Shown piece by piece: positions 29,723 through 39,126 of a stretch of DNA of 64,000 nt; positions within the stretch are counted from its first letter, which is position 1, and each line of letters opens with the position of its first letter. The stretch spans positions 88,288,001 through 88,352,000 of the forward strand of contig NC_043004.1 of assembly GCF_006345805.1 (NCBI RefSeq). Direction: 5' to 3'. The stretch comes from Octopus sinensis. Taxonomy: Eukaryota. A model generated the notes under the pieces. The model was given only the letters and a program-made list of their open reading frames with translations. It was not told where the DNA came from and did not search any database. The translations under genes were made by a program, and so were the position numbers.

Positions 29723-31139
29723 CGAGAGAGGGAGAGAGAGAGATGGAGATAAAGGATGCATGTAGGTAGAAAAAAACAGAGGAAAACGGAGTGAAATGCA
29801 TAACAGGAGGAGACGATGGGTGTGGGTAGAATAAGAGGAAAATAAAGAGCAAGAGAGAAAGAGAGAGGGGGGTAGGGAAAAGAGGAGAAAGAGAGAGAAG
29901 GCGAGAGGAAGGGATGAAGAACAAAAGAGAGTAGACAAGAAGGTGAAAAGAGAAGTAAGTCAGAACGAAAAAGAAGCGGAGAAATGACACAGAAAGCTTG
30001 AGTAAATTGAAGTGTAAAGAAGAGTGTGTTGACTAAAGTTTAAAAATGTATGCGAGTATAAAGGAGGAGGAGAGAAAAGTCAAGTTTAAACATAAGTTTT
30101 ATAAACTTCTTAACAGTATTAGTTCGATATACGGAATCTATCAAGTTTCAAGTCAAACCAAAGCCCTGATGGCTACACAATTATGAGAAAGTTAATCACC
30201 ACGTAATGTCAATGTAAATTTGCATCCCTTGTAAAATTAGAGATAAGATCAATATCTTCGTATCGACAGATTGATTATCTCGAAATCTAAGCACATATTT
30301 GGTATTTGGTATCCACTTAGTAAATCACCAACGTGTCGATATTTATTTTCAACATGTAATTCATCTATGGTGGTATGATTCTTTTGGACAGTGAGAGGTG
30401 AGGAGAGAGAGAGAGAGAGTGTGTGTGGAGAAGAAAGAAGAGAAGAGAGAGAGAAAGGGGGTAAGACAAAAGAGTATGGTCTGATGAAGAGGAAGGCTAC
30501 ATAATGAGCGATTGGAGGAGAATCAAAGCGACTGGAGGAGAATAAGAATTGAGAATGAATGTGAAAGACAAGAGGAAAAAAGAGCAAAATGGTAGAAAGA
30601 ACAGTCAGATAATAAGAAAATTACAGCAAATATGATGATAAAGAATGTAGGAAAAGACAGATAGAAAGATAGATAGATGGATGGATAGATAACGAAGGAG
30701 AGAGAGAGGAAGAGAGAGATGTAGGGAGAGGCAGGGGAGTAAAAAGTAAATTACGAAAGTAGATAATTGGTTTATTTCGATTGGGTAAAAAGTTTATATT
30801 AATTAACAGAGTATAATTGAAACTGCCTCAATACACGTCTGCTAGGTATTGGATTTTCTTGTAGGGGATATTTCAACGATCGAATTGGCAATATTTCAAC
30901 TAAAAGAGGGAGCGACCAATCGAGATACCTTAATTCTAAACACCAAGCCTAATCTGATTCTATACGGCCTTAAACACTGTTTCTCACCCTATTTTTAAAA
31001 TTATCACTCCATTCATTTTTACAAACATATTTTCAACACCTCTACTTCGTACCATTCAGCATCCCCGCGAAAATTTTAAATACGCATGCGCACTTTATCA
31101 AGGCAGAGTAATTTAGCTCATGGTACTAGTTTCACATAA

Positions 31140-31372
31140 GGCGGCGAGCTGGCAGAAACGTTAGAACGCCGGACGAAATGCTTAGCGGTATTTCATCTGT
31201 CTTTATGTATTGAGTTCAAATTCCGCCGAGGTCGACTTTGCCTTTCATCCTTTCGGGGTCGATAAATTAAGTACCAGTTACGCACTGGGGTCGATGTAAT
31301 CGACTTAATACCTATGTCTGTCCTTGTTTGTCCCCTCTGTGTTTAGCCCCTTGTGGGTAATAAAGAAATAGG
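31140..31372 (+). mobile_element. SINE family A
   Basis: Consensus match. Confidence 0.88.
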
Positions 31373-31540
31373 TACTAGTTTCACAAAAATGACTAGCACC
31401 ATACTATAAAAGAATACAATAAACACTGAGTGTTTATTGTATTTTTTTATGTACTCGTTTCTGTTTTGTTTTATGTACTGGTTCACATTTTGAAGCCTAT
31501 TTTTATAGTCGATGTTGTCGTTGTTATTCTTTTCTACTCT

Positions 31541-31968
31541 AAGCACAAGGCCCGAAATTTTTGGGGAAGGGGCCAGTCGATTAGATCGAACCCATTAACT
31601 GGTGCTTAATTTATCGACCCCAAAAGGATGAAAGGCAAAGTCGACCTCGGCGGAAATTGAACTCAGAATTTAAAGACAGACGGAATCCCGCTAAGGATTG
31701 CGCCCGGCATGCTAACGATTCCCAGCTCACTGCCTATAGTTTATCGCAATATTCTTTTCTACCCCTAGGCACAAGGCCCGAAATTTCTAGGGAGGGGCCA
31801 GTTGATTAGATCGACCCTAGTACGTAACTGGTACTTAATTTATAGACACCCAATTGGATGAAAGGCAAGTCGACCTTGGTAAAATTTGTACTCAGAACGT
31901 AAAGACAGACGAAATACTCATAATCGTTTTGCCCTGCATGCTAACGATTCTGCCTGCTCGCCGCCTTA
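31541..31968 (-). mobile_element. two tandem SINE family A variants
   Basis: Two copies, 31541-31736 and 31780-31968. Confidence 0.8.
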
Positions 31969-32234
31969 GTTTATCTCAATATTAAATTTGAAATAACCTT
32001 AAAATATATTTAAACAAGAGACAAAGATAACAAAAAACAAAGCTGTCCAGACGAATCTAATGAATACTTTTCCATACTTTTAAAAAAGCACTTTATCGTT
32101 CCTTTGTTTCAGTCATTAAATGCAGCTTCTACTAGAGTAGATACAAGCACTAATATATGATTTATAAAAACATGTGAGATATTAATATCTGTAAATGTAC
32201 AACCATCCAGATTTCTGAGTACCTTATTTTTTCT

Positions 32235-32314
<80 letters not shown>

Positions 32315-32419
32315 CCAGTGGTAGAGTAATATGCTTTATTTAAAAGCAGCAGAAAATTCAAAAATCTGTTACTCTGAGCTTCACGTTCCTGTTCGTCGGA
32401 CAGTTTTTGCTAGAAAAAA

Positions 32420-32457
32420 CTGTCCGACGAACGGGAACGTGAAACTCAGAGTAACAG
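32420..32457 (+). ncRNA. minimal type I hammerhead (U4C core variant) in a palindromic PLE-end fragment
   Basis: CUGU|CCGACGA|ACG-GGAA-CGU|GAAAC-UCAGA-GUA^ACAG. Stem I CUGU/ACAG; stem II 3 bp with a GGAA loop. A mutated mirror copy lies on the minus strand at 32366-32403. Confidence 0.65.
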
Positions 32458-32463
32458 GTTTTG

Positions 32464-32514
<51 letters not shown>

Positions 32515-33331
32515 ATATATTATTAGTGAATTGAAGAAATGGAGTTGAGCGAAGATTGAACAGAAATCGTTTTATTGCATTCTACACGTGTTTCGAAAGG
32601 CACAATTTACCAAATTCCGATTGAATAAGGAGACCATATTGTGTATTTCTCTTAAGGAAGAAATAGGAAATCCGTTGGAAAAAACAAAAACAGAACAGAG
32701 GCGGAGCAAAACAAATCGAACGAGGCTCCTAAGAGCCCATGGCCAAACTGTTTATCAATGTATATTGAAAACGGGTGGTGGGTGCGTTGAAGATTTTAAC
32801 GGGTCAGGCAGCGGTCATTCCGGTGGGTGAGAGCACGGGGTGCTTAGATGTTCTTTGTGACCGAGACTAAAGTTCTGACTATTTAAAGAATATTAGGTGT
32901 ATTATATGGGGCGAGCCAAAATCTACATAGAAACATGTGTGTGTGTACTGTTCTATATATGCGCGGCCGCAAGTTGGTAAGAAGCGCTACACTCTGGTCG
33001 CTGCTGAGAAATCCGTCAGGGGGTAGAAAATATTTTATGTGTTCGTATGTGTTTGATCACGCGGCCGTCAGTTGGTAAACAGCCCTACACAATGGTCACT
33101 GCTGTAAAATCAGTCGGGTGGCAGAAAAATATTTTATGTGTGCGTGTGTTCGTCTAATTATGCCTTGTCAAAGAAATCCCCCGTCTTCAAAACAAACCAC
33201 CAATCGTCTCCCAGGAGTAATTCCCCTTGCAATGGTTAATCATATTTCTCTTAAAAGCTTTTTCAGAATTTATTTCCAAGGGCTATTTTCATATAAGTAG
33301 TGTAACCGGGTGCAGGTATTATTTATAAGCG

Positions 33332-33490
33332 TTATTTATAAGCAAGATAAGTATAACGCCGCCAATGGGGGCATCGAAAAGCCGACTGTAAAAGTCCGTT
33401 TACCATCCGGTCTCTGGCGAACAATATATGTCACTGATGCTGTAAATTTTTCAGATGGGAAATTCCGTGTTCGCTTCCCTGGATGGCAAT
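33332..33490 (-). pseudogene. probable C-terminal tail of the PLE ORF
   Basis: Minus-strand translation HILFARDRMVNGLLQSAFRCPHWRRYTYLAYK* resembles the ILF..LN..C.H end of PLE GIY-YIG proteins; the upstream part is frameshifted. Confidence 0.5.
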
Positions 33491-34568
33491 AGAATCTGGG
33501 AACCCGCTCATCCTCAACACTTACTTCCTCTCACTTTAGAATTTCATATTTCTATGGTTGCTGCAACCTAGACGTGTTTCCACTTCACAACCATAACAAT
33601 ATGCTGCATGAAATTAGAAAATAAAAAGAAAGAAATCTTGAGGATGAACAAGTCTTCATATTCTATATTGTGATAATTATATACATACATATACATTGCT
33701 GTTAGGGACACTGTAGTTCATTTAGCAAATGAACGAATCTACTGCCAAGTATATTAAAGGCTTCTAAGTCAACATGGTGTCGCATCTGTGTGGGTGATGC
33801 TATTTAGTCACTTTCGGAAGTTACCTCCACAGATAAATCCGATTGTCTTACGACACCACATTTGGTGTCGTAATGAGTTCATGGATGGTTAATGTGGTGC
33901 TGAGGAAAGAGCAAGAACTTCTGAAATATGTATATACATCCATTTCCTATCTTTGACTGCATTGTTCACGTAGGCATACTCATATACGAAACATCGTAAC
34001 TTTCAGTGTTGGCTCTAGTTTCGGTGGGAAATCAGTCGAGAGAACTTTATATATCAAATGTGTAGAATAACAAAAGTCAAACTAAGCCAATTCAGTTAAA
34101 GTTAATTCTATTAATCCCTTTGGTTACTGGATTTCTGTTGAAATACTCTGTTTGTTCCAATTAATTTTGAAAATAAGAATCAAAATAAATGTCCTTATTA
34201 AGTTGGTGTTTGGAACAAAGATTAACAAGAAATTTTGATGAAAAGTTTTAATTTAGTTGACAGGAAATTTGCATCAGAGAACCAGGAGTGGTCTTCTGAA
34301 GGTTGGTATCAAGAAAGGCTAATTCCAAAAGTATATACATACATATATAAATTGGCAGATGACAAGCTTGAAGCAATTATTACAAGTTTCATGCTCAATT
34401 TGTTTTCATGTTTATTTTGTGCTTTGATGTCATGAAGCAAAATGAATGATTGTTTCACATTTTGGCACAAGGCCAGAAATATCAAGAGTAAACCCAATAG
34501 TCAACTGGTGCTTGTTTTATCAACTGTGAAAGGAGGAAAGGCAAAGTCAACCTCAGCGGAATTTGAAC

Positions 34569-35555
34569 TTAGAACAAAATTGACCATTCCAGCCTGTAGC
34601 TTGAGTTCGTATTCTTCAATCGCCATATTAGCTTGCTAAGTCCCGTGGTCTGGCATTTATTCACGTCTCGAAAAGTTGCGTAATGGTTGGAGATTCGTGA
34701 GGCCAATCTTGAGGATGAGGCCCCGACATAAGCGTAGACATCTGAGTCCGTGTAAACCTTACATTGGTAGACGGCGTTTCTGATCTTGGAGTTCACCGAC
34801 GTGAACCTTATTCTATTAGGATTAGTTTCTGAAATTAGAACTGCGTTACTGTTACTATATTTGTTGCGAGAACTGCAGCCGCTTACTACTTTATTTTCCA
34901 CTACGTCACTATTAACTAACGGAATAACCCCTGATTCTACACTATCACTCAGAGTGCTGTCATTGCTAGTGCCCGTGGTGCTGCTATTGCCGGAAACGAT
35001 GCTGGAGTTGCTATTGGGACTCTCTACCCTAACGAGCCGAGCTGCCCTCACCTCACTACTGCCATTGTTACCGTCAATGACATCACCCTTATTTATAACT
35101 ATACCCCTAGTGTATAATCCCTGGTTGGAGCTGAGATTATGAGTCACTGTACTGGCTCTCATATCATTATTACTACTATTATTATTCCTACTGAGCGTTA
35201 AACCGGGAGCGGAAGAAGCTGTGCCTCCGGAAAAAGGTGATAGGGTCTTAGTAAGCAGTCTATTATTATGGGAGGCGATTATCTGGGCGAGGTTTTTAGT
35301 GTTGGAGAAAGCTATCCTAACTTTATGCGAGTTAACCGTGGAGTAATATTTGGAATTTCTGGGGAAGTTATTGGCGATGGCTTGTCGAAACATGAGGGGG
35401 AGGTTAGTTCTAATCTGCTTACCAAAGGGAATTACAAACCATATATGCTTATTCTTATTTATGTGATGGGTCGGGACGCCAGCTCTCGCATTCGGGTGGG
35501 TGATTCTCGGATGAATAACGGGTTTTGGGTAGTGTGAGATCCCCCGGACCGATAA
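34569..35555 (-). CDS. PLE ORF, linker plus GIY-YIG endonuclease part (interrupted at 34570)
   Basis: Frame is open from about 35555: NKHIWFVIPF..IRTN..FP..SHNN..AVYQCKV..YVGASSSRLASRISNHYATFR..LSKLIWRLK..WSIL, the GIY-YIG signature of PLEs. Confidence 0.85.
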   Translation of the reverse strand, partial: LSVRGISHYPKPVIHPRITHPNARAGVPTHHINKNKHIWFVIPFGKQIRTNLPLMFRQAIANNFPRNSKYYSTVNSHKVRIAFSNTKNLAQIIASHNNRLLTKTLSPFSGGTASSAPGLTLSRNNNSSNNDMRASTVTHNLSSNQGLYTRGIVINKGDVIDGNNGSSEVRAARLVRVESPNSNSSIVSGNSSTTGTSNDSTLSDSVESGVIPLVNSDVVENKVVSGCSSRNKYSNSNAVLISETNPNRIRFTSVNSKIRNAVYQCKVYTDSDVYAYVGASSSRLASRISNHYATFRDVNKCQTTGLSKLIWRLKNTNSSYRLEWSILF

Positions 35556-36370
35556 TTATCCTTGTTCGCTAAATTAAATGCGGGAGCGACTGCCCCAGCA
35601 CCCGCCGCGCTCCCGTCACTACTTAAATTATTAATGTTATTATAGACGGCCCTATCCTGATGACCGAATGATGGCATCGGAAGGGCCGGATCAATATAAA
35701 TTACCTTCTGCCTATAACCGGCCTTGGATAGTGCGGCGTTATAAAATTCCGCTTTCTGCATAAAAATATCGGCACTAGCGGACAAGCCGGACAATCTTAG
35801 AGAGATGTTTTTAACCAAATTGTCTGTTACGGTTTTGGCATGATTGGAGAAGACACTGACATACTTCAAATTAGTGGAAGGCTTATGGTAAGGGCAGTAT
35901 GAGTCGCTATTAAGGTTAAGTGTAACGTCTAGGAAATTAGCCTTGGTGAGTTTATTATCAAAAACTATATTCTTGCCCATTCTATTAAAAAACCTAGCTA
36001 ACCTGCTCTTAGTTTTCTGCACTATTCTGTTCGTGGTGTTTTGCAGGTAAAACAGACAATCGTCACGATACAGGCCGCCCGCGATCTCCGGGAACTGGTC
36101 GGACAATTCGTAGAGAATATATATTCCGACCAAATCGACTATCTGCGCACTATCCGAACTACCCATAGGCACATCAAATTCATTGGGAGTATCTTTACGG
36201 ATCCACAACTTATTATCAAACTTAATAAACGATTTCCTGGCAACTAAAATGATATCTATTTCTTCTCTGGTGAGGCCAGCCTTGTTGTGAGCATGCCAAA
36301 GGGCCTTATTTAGTACACTAGGGTTAATCGAGGGGTAGAAGCTGGCGATATCAAACTGAAAAAATCTTAA
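35459..36370 (-). CDS. PLE reverse transcriptase, 5'-truncated (motifs from FDI..FYPSI onward)
   Basis: FDIASFYPSI, PMGSSDSAQIVDLVG, GLYRDD, NFLDVTLNL, YHKP, YVSVFSNH; no internal stop over 313 codons. Confidence 0.92.
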   Translation of the reverse strand, partial: LRFFQFDIASFYPSINPSVLNKALWHAHNKAGLTREEIDIILVARKSFIKFDNKLWIRKDTPNEFDVPMGSSDSAQIVDLVGIYILYELSDQFPEIAGGLYRDDCLFYLQNTTNRIVQKTKSRLARFFNRMGKNIVFDNKLTKANFLDVTLNLNSDSYCPYHKPSTNLKYVSVFSNHAKTVTDNLVKNISLRLSGLSASADIFMQKAEFYNAALSKAGYRQKVIYIDPALPMPSFGHQDRAVYNNINNLSSDGSAAGAGAVAPAFNLANKDNYRSGGSHTTQNPLFIRESPTRMRELASRPIT

Positions 36371-36512
36371 AATCGTTAAAATCTTCAACGCACCCACCAC
36401 CCGTTTTCAACATACATTGATAAACAGTTTGGCCATGAGCTCTTAGGAGCCTCGTTCGATTTGTTTTGCTCCGCCTCTGTTCTGTTTTTGTTTTTTCCAA
36501 CGGATTTCCTAT

Positions 36513-36598
36513 TTCTTCCTGAAGAGAAAGACACAATATGGTCTCCTTATTCAATCGGAATTTGGTAAATTGTGCCTTTCGAAACACGTGTAGAATGC
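36513..36598 (+). ncRNA. type I hammerhead ribozyme in the inverted pLTR of the PLE
   Basis: UUC|CUGAAGA(36519)|GAAAG..CUUUC|GAAAC-ACGU-GUA^GAA. Stem II is extended by CACAAU/AUUGUG; stem III is palindromic (ACACGUGU). Predicted cut after 36592. Confidence 0.78.
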
Positions 36599-36805
36599 AA
36601 TAAAACGATTTCTGTTCAATCTTCGCTCAACTCCATTTCTTCAATTCACTAATAATATTAACATTCAATTATCCGCACCAACGCACTGTTGCAACACCAT
36701 AGGGTTGTACCTCCAACCGTGCTGTCTTCTGCTGTGATTTTTGCTACCAAGGTATCGGTTAAACTTTTGATTAATCTGCAACAAGATTATTCATCTTTCT
36801 ATTTC

Positions 36806-36852
<47 letters not shown>

Positions 36853-37265
36853 ACATCACAATCAAGGAACGGCCATAATAGGCCATTCACCCACTAGAAA
36901 TAACTAGAAATTCCTGGTTTACGGAATTGATGTTATTTTGCGGTTGAAGCTTTGGCTGTTATTTCTAGTGGGTGAATGGCCTATTATGGCCGTTCCTTGA
37001 TTGTGATGTTGAATTTAAAAATGGTCTATGACTATTTAATTTTTTCCCACTAGGCCGCTGGTGGCAAAAAAATTCTACAAAATTTTTTGCCACCCTATAT
37101 TGATTAATTATGAATTTTCTGGTTAATTCCGTAATGGAATCGGCGGCTTATATTTATTTGCTGCCGATAAATTTGGCGCGAGTGCGATGATTTGAAAATT
37201 TTAGGTCAGATATTGCCGAGGCAGGGACAGAAATGCCTCGTGAAAATATCTGTTCCGACTTGGTT

Positions 37266-37372
37266 ATTTCTTACTGACGATTCTAAGGGCCTATGGAAGA
37301 TTGGCTTGATTTAATTTAATCAGGCTAGTTTACCATTAAACAGTAGATGAAACGGTGCATCGTATAAGAAAT
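37266..37372 (+). ncRNA. type I hammerhead ribozyme, 487-bp array copy 1
   Basis: AUUUCUUA|CUGACGA|U-UCUA..UAGA-U|GAAAC-GGUGCAUC-GUA^UAAGAAAU; perfect 8-bp stem I; predicted cut after 37364. Confidence 0.88.
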
Positions 37373-37752
37373 TACAGGGTAAATGTTTTTTAATTTTCTC
37401 CTGGTTTACGGAATTGATGTTATTTTGCGGTTGAAGCTTTGGCTGTTATTTCTAGTGGGTGAATGGCCTATCATGGCCGTTCCTTGATTGTGATGTTGAA
37501 CTTAAAAATGGTCTATGACTATTTAATTTTTTCCCACTAGGCCGCTGGTGGCAAAAAAATTCTACAAAATTTTTTGCCACCCTATATTGATTAATTATGA
37601 ATTTTCTGGTTAATTCCGTAATGGAATCGGCGGCTTATATTTATTTGCTGCCGATAAATTTGGCGCGAGTGCGATGATTTGAAAATTTTAGGTCAGATAT
37701 TGCCGAGGCAGGGACAGAAATGCCTCGTGAAAATATCTGTTCCGACTTGGCT

Positions 37753-37859
37753 ATTTCTTACTGACGATTCTAAGGGCCTATGGAAGATTGGCTTGATTTA
37801 ATTTAATCAGGCTAGTTTACCATTAAACAGTAGATGAAACGGTGCATCGTATAAGAAAT
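37753..37859 (+). ncRNA. type I hammerhead ribozyme, 487-bp array copy 2
   Basis: Identical motif; CTGACGA at 37761; predicted cut after 37851. Confidence 0.88.
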
Positions 37860-38077
37860 TACAGGGTAAATGTTTTTTAATTTTCTCCTGGTTTACGGAA
37901 TTGATGTTATTTTGCGGTTGAAGCTTTGGCTGTTATTTCTAGTGGGTGAATGGCCTATTATGGCCGTTCCTTGATTGTGATGTTGAACTTAAAAATGGTC
38001 TATGACTATTTAATTTTTTCCCACTAGGCCGCTGGTGGCAAAAAAATTCTACAAAATTTTTTGCCACCCTATATTGA

Positions 38078-38148
<71 letters not shown>

Positions 38149-38150
<2 letters not shown>

Positions 38151-38345
38151 AGAGTTTACGAAAGAAACAAAAGACGAAGACAGGTGGTGTACAAAACAAA
38201 TAGATGTATTAGTATAACGCTCAGGAATAGAAAAAGTCTTTTACTTTTCGAGCCTACGCTCTTCTACAGAAAGGGACACAGAAAAAACAAGGAGAGAAAC
38301 AAGGAGAGAAAAAATGTGTGTAGAGGCTAACGATCCATCATGGGG
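38149..38345 (-). mobile_element. PLE-type end fragment with degenerate minimal hammerhead
   Basis: CUUU|CUGUAGA|A-GAG-CGUAGG-CUC|GAAAA-GUA^AAAG at 38238-38273 (A6U, and A in place of the stem III C). A related, more degenerate copy lies near 59965-60040. Confidence 0.6.
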
Positions 38346-38391
<46 letters not shown>

Positions 38392-38600
38392 GAACAAGAA
38401 GGGTAGTAATATTATTTACTACCAGGTGCCCAGCACAAAAGACGAATTAGTCATAAGACAAACATATTATTCATATAGAAAAATATTATTCATGTAGTTA
38501 TACAATTAAGGGCTCCTAAATTAAGATGCCGAGTGCTGGGAACACAAAAAGGGGATGAATTTATCGAGAGTGAAAAACAAAAACGTTTACCGATAACTTT

Positions 38601-38676
38601 AACTCGAACCGCGGTTTCTGCTTCTTTCTAGCAAAACACAAAATATGTTTGCTAAGGCTAGCTTCATCAGCGAGTC
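38601..38676 (-). ncRNA. type I hammerhead ribozyme, 450-bp array
   Basis: GACUCG|CUGAUGA|A-GCU..UAGCAAA..UUUGCUA..AGC-A|GAAAC-CGCG-GUU^CGAGUU; predicted cut between 38607 and 38606. Confidence 0.87.
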
Positions 38677-39050
38677 GCCTTAATTTAATCGAGGTCTGCA
38701 GCGATGTGAGACCATGTGTAGATCTCGAACTACTAGCAGATCTTAACTTTTCAAATCTCTGCGCAGACGCAAAATTTATACGGCAGTATAGGGCATGCCG
38801 GGAAGAATTTTACGAATAAATCCATCATGTATATGCGAATATGAACAAGAAGGGTAGTAATATTATTTACTAGCAGGTGCCCAGCACAAAAGACGAATTA
38901 GTCATAAGACAAAAATATTATTCATATAGAAAAATATTATTCATGTAGTTATACAATTAGGGCTCCTAAATTAAGATGCCGAGTGCTGGGAACACAAAAA
39001 GGGGATGAATTTATCGAGAGTGAAAAACAAAAACGTTTACCGATAACTTT

Positions 39051-39126
39051 AACTCGAACCGCGGTTTCTGCTTCTTTCTAGCAAAACACAAAATATGTTT
39101 GCTAAGGCTAGCTTCATCAGCGAGTC
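39051..39126 (-). ncRNA. type I hammerhead ribozyme, 450-bp array second copy
   Basis: Identical motif 450 nt away. Confidence 0.87.

Larger units (their letters stand above)
32521..36657 (-). mobile_element. Penelope-like retroelement, 5'-truncated, interrupted, with inverted terminal (pLTR) copies
   Basis: About 290-bp inverted repeats (32521-32810 and 36367-36657) containing an HHR motif flank RT and GIY-YIG coding segments; (TA)n on the left flank. Confidence 0.88.
36851..38082 (+). mobile_element. 487-bp head-to-tail repeat (2.4 copies) with one hammerhead per unit; retrozyme-like
   Basis: CCTGGTTTACGG recurs at 36913, 37400 and 37887. I count only about 3 substitutions between copies 1 and 2. 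A 54-bp inverted piece (36851-36904) matches 36958-37011. (TA)n lies on both sides. Confidence 0.9.

Noticed and set aside
33451-33453. TGA (minus strand) near a possible CxxC position of the PLE C-terminus as a selenocysteine codon, since some PLEs encode selenoproteins
   Set aside because: The reading frame here is discontinuous, the second Cys is absent, and I could not fold a convincing SECIS in the 3' region.
35460-35555. Programmed -1 frameshift between the RT and EN frames
   Set aside because: The CCCAAAA heptamer is not in the required X XXY YYZ phase; a 1-nt deletion or sequencing error is simpler. Kept only as a caveat in the findings.
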